In this document: positions 1 to 10,146 of the stretch, piece after piece | Layout: each line of letters opens with the position of its first letter | How positions within the stretch are numbered: the first letter of the stretch is position 1 | NCBI GenBank assembly: GCA_025934695.1 | Contig: JAICWS010000002.1 | Location: 770,230-834,229 of the forward strand | DNA: 64,000 nucleotides | Direction of reading: 5' to 3' | Origin: Alphaproteobacteria bacterium | Lineage (GTDB): Bacteria > Pseudomonadota > Alphaproteobacteria > Micavibrionales > UBA2020 | Notes under the pieces: model-generated | Told to the model about the DNA's origin: nothing | Seen by the model: the letters and a program-made list of their open reading frames with translations, nothing else | Database searches by the model: none | Program-made: the position numbers and the translations under genes

Positions 1-1277
1 AGCGCGCCGAAGGCCAGATTAAGGCCATCGTGAACGACAAAGGTATCGTGACGAATACGGCGCAGGAAGGCGATCAAGTCTCCATCGTTGTGAACCAGAC
101 GCCCTTCTACGGCGAGTCTGGCGGCCAGGTGGGCGATGTCGGCGCCATGACCACGCCCAAGGGCGCCGTCATCGAAATCACCGACACGCAGAAGAAGGCA
201 GGCGGCCTCTTCGTCCATATCGGAAAGGTCGCGAAAGGCAAAATCCTCGAAGGCGACCCGGTCGATATGGTGATCGACATCCGCCGCCGCAACGCCATCC
301 GCGCAAACCATTCGGCCACGCATCTGCTGCATGCCGCGCTGCGACGGAACATCGGCAAGCATGTGACGCAGAAAGGCTCCGTCGTCGATGAGAACCGGTT
401 GCGCTTCGACATCAGCCAGCCCGCGGCCCTGACGGCGGAACAGATATCCGTGGTCGAGAAAGAGGTGAACGAGCGCATCCGCATGAATTCGGATGTGACC
501 ACGCGCCTCATGCCGGTCGATGACGCCAGGGCGCTGGGGGCCATGGCCATGTTCGGCGAAAAATACGACGAGGAAGTCCGCGTGCTCGCCATGGGCGGCG
601 CGGATCCGGACGATGCGAAAAAGACCTATTCCATGGAACTTTGCGGCGGCACGCATGTGCGCCGCACCGGCGACATCGGCCTGTTCAAGCTGGTCGCCGA
701 AAGCGCACTGGCCTCGGGCATCCGCCGCATCGAGGCGGTGACGGGCGAAGGCGCGCTGAAATATTTGAGCGAACAGGAAGACCGCCTTTACAAGGTGGCC
801 GATCTCCTGAAGACCTCGCCTGCAGATGCGGTAATGCGTGTCGAGGCGCTGGTCAACGACCGCAAGAAGCTCGAAAAAGAAGTCTCCGACCTGCGTCGCA
901 AGCTGGCGTCGGGCGGCGGTTCTGTATCGGGCCCCGACGCGAAAGAGATCAAGGGCATCAAGTTCTCGAGCCGTGTTCTCGAAAACGTCCCCGCCAATGA
1001 GCTGAAACCCCTGGCCGATGAACTGAAGTCGAAGCTGGGCTCCGGCGTCGTGGCGCTCGTCTCGGTCGGTGAGGACGGCAAGGCTTCGCTCGTCGTCGCC
1101 GTGACGCAGGACCTCACCTCGAAGGTCGACGCGGTCAAGCTCGTTAAAATCGGCGCCGAAAAGCTGGGCGGCAAAGGCGGCGGTGGCCGCCCTGACATGG
1201 CCCAGGCCGGCGGTCCCGAAGGCGCGAAAGCTCAGGTCGCCATTGACTCCATCGAGGGGGCACTGGCGGCGGCTTAA
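1..1277 (+). CDS. alaS: Alanine--tRNA ligase, C-terminal part (5' end lies left of the window)
   Basis: The frame is open from nt 3 with no stop, so the track start at 30 is an internal GTG. Editing-domain motifs HSATHLLH and CGGTHV are present, plus the C-terminal GGKGGGGRPDMAQAGG segment typical of AlaS. Confidence 0.95.
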   Translation, partial: RAEGQIKAIVNDKGIVTNTAQEGDQVSIVVNQTPFYGESGGQVGDVGAMTTPKGAVIEITDTQKKAGGLFVHIGKVAKGKILEGDPVDMVIDIRRRNAIRANHSATHLLHAALRRNIGKHVTQKGSVVDENRLRFDISQPAALTAEQISVVEKEVNERIRMNSDVTTRLMPVDDARALGAMAMFGEKYDEEVRVLAMGGADPDDAKKTYSMELCGGTHVRRTGDIGLFKLVAESALASGIRRIEAVTGEGALKYLSEQEDRLYKVADLLKTSPADAVMRVEALVNDRKKLEKEVSDLRRKLASGGGSVSGPDAKEIKGIKFSSRVLENVPANELKPLADELKSKLGSGVVALVSVGEDGKASLVVAVTQDLTSKVDAVKLVKIGAEKLGGKGGGGRPDMAQAGGPEGAKAQVAIDSIEGALAAA

Positions 1278-1284
1278 CCCCTCC

Positions 1285-1352
1285 AGGTGTCATTCCGGGC
1301 GTCGCGAGGAATCTTCTCAACTCCAGCTGTACGCTCGGAATGACACCTTTTT
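1285..1352 (+). terminator. Long inverted repeat followed by a T-run after alaS; member of the GTCATTCC/GGAATGAC palindrome family
   Basis: AGGTGTCATTCCG (1285-1297) pairs with CGGAATGACACCT (1336-1348) and is followed by TTTTT. An inner ATTCC...GGAAT pair lies at 1292-1312. Confidence 0.5.
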
Positions 1353-1460
1353 CGGGGTTGTTTGTTATTTAATATCAAACTCTTATATCTTCTTGATTTG
1401 CCTCTCAAAAGACCTTATATATCTCCGCTGAAACCCAATTTTTGAACAGAGGGAATAAAA

Positions 1461-1889
1461 ATGGGCGCCGCAAAAGAACGCACGCTGTCAATCATCAAGC
1501 CGGATGCAACCCGCCGCAACCTGACTGGAAAAATCAACGCCAAATTCGAGGACAGCGGACTGCATATCGTCGCGCAGAAGCGCCTACACCTGACGCAGGA
1601 GCAGGCCGAGAAATTCTATGAAGTCCACAGAGAGCGTCCTTTCTTCAAGGACCTCGTGAAGTTCATGATCTCCGGCCCCGTCGTCGTCCAGGTCCTCGAA
1701 GGCCCCGACGCCGTGTCGCAGAACCGCAAGATCATGGGCGCGACCAACCCCGCGAACGCCGAACCCGGCACGATCCGCAAGGAATTCGCCGAAAGCATCG
1801 AAGCAAACTCGGTGCACGGCTCCGACAGCCTCGACAACGCCAAGCGCGAGATCACCTTCTTCTTCTCCGAAACCGAAATCGTCGGCTAA
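1461..1889 (+). CDS. ndk: Nucleoside diphosphate kinase
   Basis: 142 aa. N-terminal [10 protein letters not shown] and active-site NSVHGSDS motifs. Confidence 0.97.
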   Translation: MGAAKERTLSIIKPDATRRNLTGKINAKFEDSGLHIVAQKRLHLTQEQAEKFYEVHRERPFFKDLVKFMISGPVVVQVLEGPDAVSQNRKIMGATNPANAEPGTIRKEFAESIEANSVHGSDSLDNAKREITFFFSETEIVG

Positions 1890-1911
1890 GAGCTTACTTA
1901 CACACGAAACG

Positions 1912-1948
1912 AAAAGCCCGTCATGGCGACATGACGGGCTTTTATTTT
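1912..1948. terminator. Bidirectional rho-independent terminator between ndk (+) and kdpE (-)
   Basis: AGCCCGTCATG-gcga-CATGACGGGCT forms an 11-bp stem. It is flanked by AAAA on the left and TTTTATTTT on the right. Confidence 0.75.
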
Positions 1949-1950
1949 CA

Positions 1951-2646
1951 TTATTTCTCCTCGTTCAGCCGGTACCCGATGCCGGGTTCGGTGAAGATGT
2001 AGGAAGGATGCAGCGGGTCGTCGCCCAGTTTCTGGCGCAGGCGCTGGACGTAGATACGCAGGTAATGATCGTGCTCGTCCGAATTCTTGCCCCAGACCTC
2101 GCGCAGGATTTCTGCATGAGTGACAACCTGTCCCGCCTTGCGGGCGAGTAGCGCGAGAAGATCGTATTCGGTTGGCGTCAGGTGGATTTCCTCGCCTTTC
2201 AGCTGCGCCTTGCGGCGCGCCAGATCGACCCGCAGGTCATGGAAGGCGTAGACCAATTCGGCCAGCTGTTCGCGCCGGTTGGCATGTCGCAGGGCCACCT
2301 TGATGCGCGCCATCAGTTCCTGCGTGCCGAAAGGCTTGGTCAGGTAATCGTCAGCACCCAACTCCAGCGCTGCGACTTTTTCAGCTTCCTGGTCGCGGGC
2401 GGAGAGGATAATGACCGGTACACGGCTCCATTCGCGCGTCCTGCGAATGACGTCCTTGCCATCCATGTCGGGCAGGCCGAGATCGAGGATGACGAGGTCC
2501 GGCGGCGCCGCAGCGCAAAGCTTCAGCGCGTCCTTGCCGGTGCTCACCGTCTCGACCCTGTAGCCGCCATCGGTCAGGGCGGTTTCGAGAAACCGGCTGA
2601 TCTCCGGCTCGTCCTCGACAATCAGGACGCGGGCCTTGCTAACCAT
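1951..2646 (-). CDS. kdpE: OmpR/KdpE-type response regulator
   Basis: Receiver domain (RVLIVEDEP, DLVILDLGLPDMDG) plus a winged-helix output domain (LTPTEYDLLALLARKAGQVVTH, GIGYRL). Start placed at MVSKARV (ATG 2646). The longer track ORF overlaps the kinase gene. Confidence 0.9.
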   Translation of the reverse strand: MVSKARVLIVEDEPEISRFLETALTDGGYRVETVSTGKDALKLCAAAPPDLVILDLGLPDMDGKDVIRRTREWSRVPVIILSARDQEAEKVAALELGADDYLTKPFGTQELMARIKVALRHANRREQLAELVYAFHDLRVDLARRKAQLKGEEIHLTPTEYDLLALLARKAGQVVTHAEILREVWGKNSDEHDHYLRIYVQRLRQKLGDDPLHPSYIFTEPGIGYRLNEEK

Positions 2647-4123
2647 GCGCCGACCCCATATCCCTGGGCAGTGTGAGGTCGGGCGGGAATTCCACCACGA
2701 AACGGCAGCCGCCTTCGGGGCGGTTGCGCGCGTAGACGCGGCCATGGTGCGCATTCACGATGGCGTTGCAGATGGCAAGGCCCAGACCCGTGCCCTTCGG
2801 CCGGTCACCCGCCGCATAGGTGGCGAATTTGCTGAAAATCTCCTGCTCCTGTCCTTTCGGAATGCCGGGGCCGTTGTCGGCCACGACCAGGCACAGGCTT
2901 CCTTCGCGGATGTAGGCCTGCAGCTCGATCTTTGCGTCCTGCTGCGTATGGCGCACGGCGTTTTCCAGCAGGTTCTGGATCAGCTGGCTGATCAGCAGCC
3001 CGTCCATGCGCACGAAAGGCAGGCCAGGCCCGACGTCCATGCGCAGGTCGCGCCCTTGCAGCGTCTCGGCGCAGGCAGCAGCCGCGCTGCCGATGATCTC
3101 GGCGGGGTCATAGGCGCGCATGTTCAGTTTGACATGTCCGCCCTCGATGCGCGTGATGTCGAGCAGGTTGTTGACGATCTTCGTCACGCGCGCGGCTTCC
3201 TGCCGGATGGATTCGAGCAGGGGATTCCCCTGGAGCGACTTGAGCAGCGTTTCCGCGGCACCCGAAATGGCGGCGAGGGGTGTGCGCAGGTCATGCGACA
3301 CGGAAGACAGCAGCACGTTCCTGATCTTTTCCTTCTCCGCCATGATCCGCGAGACTTGCGCCGCCTGCGTCGTTTCCGCGCGCGTCAGCGCCGCGCCGAA
3401 CAGGCCGATGAAGTTCTCCATCATCATTTTCTGATCCGGAAGAAGTCCGTGATCGGCGATTGCCACGGTGCAGATCGTGCGGTCCATGCTTCTGACCGGA
3501 ATCTCGAGGAGGGGAGCAGCGACCGCAGGCCCGAAAAATGCGCCGTCGGGAAAACGGATGGCGGCGTCCGCCTGCACGGCGCGGGAAATGGAATGGATCA
3601 GGCTTTTGCTCATCGCTTCGCGGCTGTCGGCGTCGGCGAGCTCTTTCATCAGCTCGTACAGCATCAGCGCCTCGTGCTCGCGCCGGCCCGAGACCAGCAC
3701 TTGGTCGCGCAGGCGCGCCGCAAGGTGGGAAATCACGAAACTCGTGACGAACATGACGAGGAACGTCAGCGAATAACGCAAGTCGCTGAAGGCCAGCGTG
3801 AACTGGGGTTCGACGAAGAAGAAGTCGAAGGCCGCGACGCTCAGGGCGGAACAAAATAGCGATGGGCCGCGTCCCAGCCAGGCGGCGGTGACCATCACAC
3901 CGGCCAGGTAGAACATGATGATGTCGGTCTCGGTAAAGACGTGGCGCAACGCATATCCGGCGGCAGTGCAGGCGACCGTGATGGCGGCGGCCAGCGCATA
4001 GCCAACGCCGCGTTTCTTCAGCATATCCGGAAGGTTTCTGCCCATGGCGGTTCTTTCCTGCCGGGGCATTATATGGTTTCCGCCGTCTCGCCGGTAGGGG
4101 CCGCTAATGGGCTGATAATACAT
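2639..4123 (-). CDS. kdpD: KdpD-type sensor histidine kinase lacking the N-terminal KdpD/Usp half
   Basis: DUF4118-like membrane block (FYLAGVMVTAAWLGRGPS, FDFFFVEP), H-box SHDLRTPLAAI, and G-boxes DNGPGIP and GTGLGLAI. ATG 4123 overlaps the kup stop as TGATG. Alternative starts are ATG 4066 and ATG 4045. Confidence 0.85.
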   Translation of the reverse strand: MYYQPISGPYRRDGGNHIMPRQERTAMGRNLPDMLKKRGVGYALAAAITVACTAAGYALRHVFTETDIIMFYLAGVMVTAAWLGRGPSLFCSALSVAAFDFFFVEPQFTLAFSDLRYSLTFLVMFVTSFVISHLAARLRDQVLVSGRREHEALMLYELMKELADADSREAMSKSLIHSISRAVQADAAIRFPDGAFFGPAVAAPLLEIPVRSMDRTICTVAIADHGLLPDQKMMMENFIGLFGAALTRAETTQAAQVSRIMAEKEKIRNVLLSSVSHDLRTPLAAISGAAETLLKSLQGNPLLESIRQEAARVTKIVNNLLDITRIEGGHVKLNMRAYDPAEIIGSAAAACAETLQGRDLRMDVGPGLPFVRMDGLLISQLIQNLLENAVRHTQQDAKIELQAYIREGSLCLVVADNGPGIPKGQEQEIFSKFATYAAGDRPKGTGLGLAICNAIVNAHHGRVYARNRPEGGCRFVVEFPPDLTLPRDMGSAHG

Positions 4124-6048
4124 CAAATTATCACATGGCGGCCGATTTCTATGACGCGGCCGACGGGCAGCTTATAGAAATCCGTTGGCTCGGCCGAATG
4201 CTTGGAGAGCCAGATGTAAAGGAAATCCTGCCAGCCCGGCAGGCCATAGCGCGGGTGAGATTTTATAGCACGACGAGATAGGAACAGCGAGGTGTCCTCC
4301 CAGTTGAAGTCGATGCCGCTGTCAGGCTGGTGATTGAGCCGCACCAGCTCCTGCTGCACGTTCGGCGTCTCCTGGAAGCCGAAGCGCAGCACGACGACGC
4401 TGAATTCGGGGCTCAGATGCGAAATCAGCATGCGGCCTTCCTGCGGCACATAGGGCTGCGGCTCGATCTTCACCGACAGGATGATGTTTTTCTCATGAAT
4501 GATCTTGTTGTGGCGGATATTCTGCAGCAGAGACGAGGGCGTGCGGTTCGGGTCGGCGGCGAAGAAGAAGGCCGAGCCATGGACTTTGCGCAGGCCCGGG
4601 AACATCGTCTGATACTCGCGGATGAACTTGTCGAGCTTGATCTCGCGCTTGCGGGCGCGGCTGTTGAGGATGAAGGTTCCCTGCACCCAGGTCAGCATCA
4701 GGATGGTGATGCCCGTGGCAATGGCGACCGTCACCCAGCCGCCGTCGACGAATTTCGTCAGGTTTGACGCAAGGAACACGAGATCGATCGTCAGCAAGGG
4801 GCCCATGATGAGCGCCGCTATCCACCATTTCCATTCCCAGCTCTGCCAGATGATGAAGAAGGTCATGATTGCGGTCAGCACCATCGTGCCAGTCACGCTG
4901 ATGCCGTAGGCGGAGGCCATCGCGTCGGACGAGCGGAAGACGAGCACGAAGATGATGACGCCCACCATCAGCAGCCAGTTCACCTGGGGTACGTAAATCT
5001 GGCCATGATGGATGGCCGAGGTGTGCTTGATCTCCATGCGCGGCAGCAGGCCGAGGTTCACGGCCTGGCGGGTGAGCGAATAGGCACCGGTGATGACAGC
5101 CTGGCTCGCGATGATCGTGGCAAGCGTGGTCAGGATGACCAGTGGCATCATCCACTGCGCGCTCACCAGCTTGAAGAAGGGATTGTCGAGCGCCGACGGG
5201 TCATGAATAACAAGGGCGGCCTGGCCCGCGTAGTTCAGCGCGAGCGCCGGCAGCACGAACCACATCCAGGCGGTCTGGATCGGGCGGCGGCCGAAATGGC
5301 CGAGGTCGGCATAGAGCGCTTCCGCCCCGGTCACCGCGAGGAAGACGGAGCCGAGGGCGACGAAGGACACTTTGCCGTGCGCAACGAGGAACAGGGCCGC
5401 GTAATAAGGGTTCATGGCGGTCAGGACGATGGGTGCTTCCTGGATATGCTGAAGTCCCGTGACGGCGAGCACCACGAACCAGACGGCGGTCACCGGACCG
5501 AACAAGGTCGAAACTTTTTCGGTGCCCTTTTTCTGGAAGTAGAACAGCACCAGGATGATCGCGAGGGTGATGGGAATGACATAGGGCGTAAAGGCGGGCG
5601 TCGCGACCTCGAGGCCCTCGATGGCGGACAGGACTGAGAGAGCGGGTGTGATGACGCTGTCGCCGTAGAACAGGGCCGTGCCCATCATGCCCAGCAGCAG
5701 GAACACTGTGGTATTGCGATAGATAACCTGGCGCGCCAGCGCCATCAGGGCGAGGATGCCGCCTTCGCCGTGGTTGTCGACTTTCAGCAGGATGCCGATG
5801 TATTTGATCGTCGGAATGATGATGAGCGTCCACAGGATCAGCGAGAGGATGCCCAGCACATCGTTGACAGCGGCCGTGCCGCCCTCGGGCACGACAGCCT
5901 TCATGCATTCCCGCAAGGTATAGATCGGGCTCGTTCCAATGTCGCCGTAAACGACACCGACGGCGCCGATGGTCAGCTTCCAGAAATGGGAATCTTCACT
6001 CGTGGAATGGGTAGGCGCGCCTTCCGCTTCGTCCTGGGTCGCTTCCAT
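4123..6048 (-). CDS. kup: Kup/HAK/KT family potassium uptake transporter
   Basis: 641 aa, polytopic. N-terminal signature GVVYGDIGTSPIYT and a long cytoplasmic C-terminal domain. Confidence 0.95.
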   Translation of the reverse strand: MEATQDEAEGAPTHSTSEDSHFWKLTIGAVGVVYGDIGTSPIYTLRECMKAVVPEGGTAAVNDVLGILSLILWTLIIIPTIKYIGILLKVDNHGEGGILALMALARQVIYRNTTVFLLLGMMGTALFYGDSVITPALSVLSAIEGLEVATPAFTPYVIPITLAIILVLFYFQKKGTEKVSTLFGPVTAVWFVVLAVTGLQHIQEAPIVLTAMNPYYAALFLVAHGKVSFVALGSVFLAVTGAEALYADLGHFGRRPIQTAWMWFVLPALALNYAGQAALVIHDPSALDNPFFKLVSAQWMMPLVILTTLATIIASQAVITGAYSLTRQAVNLGLLPRMEIKHTSAIHHGQIYVPQVNWLLMVGVIIFVLVFRSSDAMASAYGISVTGTMVLTAIMTFFIIWQSWEWKWWIAALIMGPLLTIDLVFLASNLTKFVDGGWVTVAIATGITILMLTWVQGTFILNSRARKREIKLDKFIREYQTMFPGLRKVHGSAFFFAADPNRTPSSLLQNIRHNKIIHEKNIILSVKIEPQPYVPQEGRMLISHLSPEFSVVVLRFGFQETPNVQQELVRLNHQPDSGIDFNWEDTSLFLSRRAIKSHPRYGLPGWQDFLYIWLSKHSAEPTDFYKLPVGRVIEIGRHVII

Positions 6049-6254
6049 TTGTTGAACACCACTTCTTTGTTTTTGGGAGTGATTATGGGTTCAAGAGCCG
6101 AAGGGGTCGCGTAAATAAGCCGTAAAAAATGGAAATAACTTGTTATTTCAATGCGATGACGACAACTCTCTAAGGGATCACGACCTCCTTTTTTACGGCT
6201 TTTTTACGCGCCAGGAACGAGGCGGGCGCGCAAAGTCGGCGCGGAGTTTATGCC

Positions 6255-7406
6255 ATGAAACGAATTTCCGCCGCGTCGGTCCTGATCTCCCTGTCGCTGT
6301 GTGCCACTTGGGCCGCAGCCGAGGAGTCCGCCGCGCCGGCGCTCATGCCATCTGTCGGCGCGACACTTTCGGCACCCTCGAATCCATATTTTTACAACGT
6401 CCCGGATTTCGGCAAAATCTACATGACCGGCGCCGTGAGCGGCCTCGCCTTCACGCAAAGCCATCACGCAGTGGGCAACGTCGATTCGACCGCCGATTGG
6501 GGCAATGGGCAGGTTTTCGTGCAAAAAGTGGACGGCGTCCTGCAGTTCTTCGTGCAGGCGGGAATTTATTCCGTTCCTTCGTTGGGAACGCCCTATGTCC
6601 GTGCGGAAGATTTCACCGAAAGGACATTCGGTTATTTACCGCAGGGTTTCGCGAAGGTCGCGCCGACCGGCAATTTCTCCGTCGAGGTGGGCAAGCTGCC
6701 CACGCTGTTCGGCGCGGAATCGACCTTCACCTTCCAGAACGTCAACATCGAGCGCGGGCTGCTCTGGAACCAGGAAAACGCCGTTAATCGCGGCGTGCAG
6801 GCAAACTACACCTATGGTCCCGTGGCCTTCAACCTGTCGCTGAACGATGGATTCTACTCGAACAATTACAACTGGCTCACCGGCGCTGCGACCTGGACGA
6901 TCAACAGCTCGAATATGCTGGAGTTCGTGGCCGGCGGAAACCTCAATCATACCTCGCATACCGACTTCGCAACGCCGCTGGCGCAGAACAACGGGCAGAT
7001 TTATGATCTCGAATATACCTGGACATCCGGCCCCTGGGCCCTCGAGCCTTATCTGCAGTATACCCGCACGCCGCAGGACACGGGCCTCGGCCTGGCCCAC
7101 AGCGCCTCGACCTTCGGCGCCGCCGTCGTCGGCAAGTATTCGTTCAACCCGAACTGGAGCCTCGGCGGCCGCGCGGAATATATCGCCGAAAACGGCAGCG
7201 CCGCGTCGCCGAACCTGCTGTATGGACCGAACAGCAACTGCTGGTCCCTGACCCTCACGCCGACCTATCAGCAGGGCATCTGGTTCGGCCGCATGGATGG
7301 TTCATATGTACAGGCGAATAAAATCATCGCAGGCGACGCCTTCGGGGCAGCAGGCAATGATAAATCGCAAGGGCGCCTCATGCTGGAAGCAGGGACGCTG
7401 TTTTAG
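6255..7406 (+). CDS. Outer-membrane beta-barrel protein (porin-like)
   Basis: Signal peptide MKRISAASVLISLSLCATWAAA. Alternating aromatic/Gly-rich strands throughout. Ends in a terminal Phe (EAGTLF), typical of OMP beta-barrels. Confidence 0.7.
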   Translation: MKRISAASVLISLSLCATWAAAEESAAPALMPSVGATLSAPSNPYFYNVPDFGKIYMTGAVSGLAFTQSHHAVGNVDSTADWGNGQVFVQKVDGVLQFFVQAGIYSVPSLGTPYVRAEDFTERTFGYLPQGFAKVAPTGNFSVEVGKLPTLFGAESTFTFQNVNIERGLLWNQENAVNRGVQANYTYGPVAFNLSLNDGFYSNNYNWLTGAATWTINSSNMLEFVAGGNLNHTSHTDFATPLAQNNGQIYDLEYTWTSGPWALEPYLQYTRTPQDTGLGLAHSASTFGAAVVGKYSFNPNWSLGGRAEYIAENGSAASPNLLYGPNSNCWSLTLTPTYQQGIWFGRMDGSYVQANKIIAGDAFGAAGNDKSQGRLMLEAGTLF

Positions 7407-8161
7407 CCGGCCAGGGCGGCGTAGAGCAATATCGCGGTGGTGGCTGACACATTGAGCGACTGCACATGGCCCGAGCCGGGAATGGTCACGATTTCGCTGC
7501 AGGCCTTCAGGCTTGCGGGCGGCAGGCCTTCTTCCTCGTTGCCCATGACGATGGCGAAGGGCTTGCCCGGCTGTTTTTTAAGATTAGGCAGCGGCGTGTA
7601 ATCGCCCAAGGCAGTGCCGATAACATGGTAGAACTCCTGCAGCTGTTTCAGCATGTCGGCAAAATCATTGGCGCCAAATACGTCGATATATTCAAAGCCG
7701 CCTTCCGAAATGCGGTAGGACGCATCCGATAGTCCCGCCTGCTGCGGATGATCCGACAGGACAAGGCGCGGAATGCCAAAAAACGCCGCGGTCCGCGCGA
7801 TGGCGCCGAGGTTGTGCGGATTGCCGATGCCGTCCAGCAGCAGCAGCGGCGCGCCGTCTTTCGCCCATTTGCGCGCCTCCGCGATTTTGAAGAGGTTGAC
7901 GTCTTTCTCGCGCGCGACGGCGACGATGCCGCCGTGCATCGGAGTGCCAGCAATCCGCGCAAGTTCGTCGGGCTGCACTTCCCGGAACGGCTTGCGTGCC
8001 TGGACCATGGCTGCGCAGAACGGTTTAGCCTCGTGCTTCGCGCGTTCATCGTAGAACAGGCGCTCGACGCGATCCGGGTCGCGGTCGAACAGGGCCGCCA
8101 CGGCGGCGTAACCCGCGATGCGGACATCGGTTTTCCGGGCGCCGTATTTCTTCTTCGTCAT
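7403..8161 (-). CDS. TrmH/SpoU family RNA 2'-O-methyltransferase
   Basis: SpoU motifs LLLDGIGNPHNLGAIARTAAFFG, IVMGNEEEGL and IPGSGHVQSLNVSATTAILLY. The start overlaps the upstream peptidase stop as ATGA. Confidence 0.85.
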   Translation of the reverse strand: MTKKKYGARKTDVRIAGYAAVAALFDRDPDRVERLFYDERAKHEAKPFCAAMVQARKPFREVQPDELARIAGTPMHGGIVAVAREKDVNLFKIAEARKWAKDGAPLLLLDGIGNPHNLGAIARTAAFFGIPRLVLSDHPQQAGLSDASYRISEGGFEYIDVFGANDFADMLKQLQEFYHVIGTALGDYTPLPNLKKQPGKPFAIVMGNEEEGLPPASLKACSEIVTIPGSGHVQSLNVSATTAILLYAALAG

Positions 8162-10122
8162 CGCGAGGCCGCGGCCTGGGGTTGATGTCGGACCGAGGCC
8201 GGATCGACGCGCAGGACTGAAAGACGCGTGGCGACATCAGGGGGAACATCCTGCTGGCAGCGTCCGCCCAGGTGCTTCGCCAGGAAAGATTCGATGGCCG
8301 TGAACATGGCCAGCTTATTCAACTCGCCGCTGAACCCGTGTCCCTCATCGGGCGCGACCAGATATTCGACGGGGAAACGATGCCGGTGCAGGGCCTCGAC
8401 GATCTGGTCGGATTCGGCGATCGTCACGCGCGGGTCATTGGCGCCCTGCACGACCATCAACGGCGTTTTGATCCTGTCCGCCGAGAACAGCGGCGACTGG
8501 CGGCGCAACTGCTGGCGGCCTTCCTCGGTGCGCGGATCGCCCATGCGGCGGTAGAAGACGGTGCGCATCGACTCCCAATAGGGCGGGAAGGACGCCATCA
8601 GCGTCAAAAGGTTCGAGGGCGCGACGATGGCCACGGCGGCGGCATATAAGTCCGGCGTGAAGGCGACGCCGGCCAGTGTCGCATAGCCGCCGTAGGAAAT
8701 GCCGAGGATGCCGGTGCGCTTCGGGTCGGCGATGCCGCGCGAGATCATTTCCCGGACGCCCCAGGTCAGATCGTCCTGCATCTTGTCGCCCCATTGCAAA
8801 TTTCCGGCGTTGATGAACTCCTTGCCGTGGCCCGACGAGCCACGAAAATTTGGCTGCAGCACGGCGTAGCCGCGATTGGCGAGGAACTGGACCGCGCTGT
8901 TAAAACCCCAGTTGTCGCGGCCCCAGGGACCGCCGTGCGGCAGCACGATCAGCGGCAGGTTCTTGTCGCCCAGCCCCACGGGCAGCGTCAGATAGGCGGG
9001 GATGTCGAGTCCGTCGGATGATTTGTACGATAACGGTTGCTGCGCGGATAAACCCGCGCGCGGCAGCGACTCGCGAAGACGGAAGATGGGCGTCAGTTTT
9101 CCCGCTGCCCGGTCGAGAAGCCAAGTGCCCCCGGGATCATTGTCCGCATAGGCACGGACGAGCCAGCGGTTGTCGTCCCGCGTGCCGGATTCGAGGCTCA
9201 GTGTCATGCCCGGCAGCTCTGCCGCGAGAAGATCGCCGGTCGCGCGCCAGTCGGGCGTCTGCCAGTGGAAAGCGATTTTTTCGCGGTTATAAACGGTTGC
9301 TATCAGGCTGTCGGACGCCTCCGAGAACACGGCGCCCCACAGATCGGTGCGGTTTTCGGGATCGCGCTCCACAAGCTCTTCGGAACCCGTATCGAGGTCG
9401 AGCAGGATCAGCTCGGTCAGCTTCCGGCCTTCGCCCTTGTCCGTGACGAGCCAGGCGCGTCGGCCGTCAGGGTGAAACCTTTGGAAATTGACGCCCTCGA
9501 AAGGGTCGGTGACGAAGATCACGCGCAGGCCGTCGGCGTCCACGCGCAGCATCTCCTTGGTCCCGTCGGGACGCGCGCGCACGGCGAGGCGCGGCTTTCC
9601 ATCGTTGTCGAAATGCCACCAGGCGATGCGGTCGTTATTTTGGCGAATCAGCTCGCGTTCCCCCGTCGAGATCCGGATGCGATAGAGGTCGTGCCAGGCC
9701 GGATCGCGGTCGTTGAGACCGGCGTAGATCACATCCGGCTCGTTGCGCGGCAGCGCGTAAATGATGGTGGCGATCTTTCCGCCGCCCGTGAGATTACGCG
9801 AGGGCGCGGCGCCTTCCGCGCCGGCGGCGCGCGGGTCCACGGCGTGAAGATTGAAATTTTCGTCGCCGCCCTCGTCCTTGTAGACCAGGATATATTTCCC
9901 GTCGCGCGTCCAGCGGAAAAAATCCACGGAGCGGCGGGTCTCGGCGGTCAGGCGCCGCGCGGCATCGAAGGGTTCGTCCGTGCGCTTGATCCAGAGGTTG
10001 CGCATCTGCTTCCAGGGCTTCAGGAAGGCGATGAATTCGCCGTCCGGCGACAGCTGCGCGCCTGAAATATCGGGGTCGCCGAAGAAGAGGCTGCGGTCAA
10101 TGAGCGGCGTCGCGTCGGCCAT
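8158..10122 (-). CDS. S9 family (prolyl oligopeptidase / acylaminoacyl-peptidase type) serine peptidase
   Basis: 654 aa. N-terminal beta-propeller-like region, nucleophile elbow GISYGGYA, and a C-terminal DEGHGF catalytic His region. Confidence 0.9.
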   Translation of the reverse strand: MADATPLIDRSLFFGDPDISGAQLSPDGEFIAFLKPWKQMRNLWIKRTDEPFDAARRLTAETRRSVDFFRWTRDGKYILVYKDEGGDENFNLHAVDPRAAGAEGAAPSRNLTGGGKIATIIYALPRNEPDVIYAGLNDRDPAWHDLYRIRISTGERELIRQNNDRIAWWHFDNDGKPRLAVRARPDGTKEMLRVDADGLRVIFVTDPFEGVNFQRFHPDGRRAWLVTDKGEGRKLTELILLDLDTGSEELVERDPENRTDLWGAVFSEASDSLIATVYNREKIAFHWQTPDWRATGDLLAAELPGMTLSLESGTRDDNRWLVRAYADNDPGGTWLLDRAAGKLTPIFRLRESLPRAGLSAQQPLSYKSSDGLDIPAYLTLPVGLGDKNLPLIVLPHGGPWGRDNWGFNSAVQFLANRGYAVLQPNFRGSSGHGKEFINAGNLQWGDKMQDDLTWGVREMISRGIADPKRTGILGISYGGYATLAGVAFTPDLYAAAVAIVAPSNLLTLMASFPPYWESMRTVFYRRMGDPRTEEGRQQLRRQSPLFSADRIKTPLMVVQGANDPRVTIAESDQIVEALHRHRFPVEYLVAPDEGHGFSGELNKLAMFTAIESFLAKHLGGRCQQDVPPDVATRLSVLRVDPASVRHQPQAAASR

Positions 10123-10146
10123 GCAGGTTCCGTTGTCAGGGGAGGA

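Noticed and set aside
2636-3859. 407-aa plus-strand ORF and several nested ORFs over kdpD/kup (for example 5005-5637 on +, 5201-5908 on -)
   Set aside because: They are antisense or off-frame relative to the kinase and Kup genes and lack motifs. The Kup frame shows continuous TM-helix periodicity and the GDIGTSPIYT signature.
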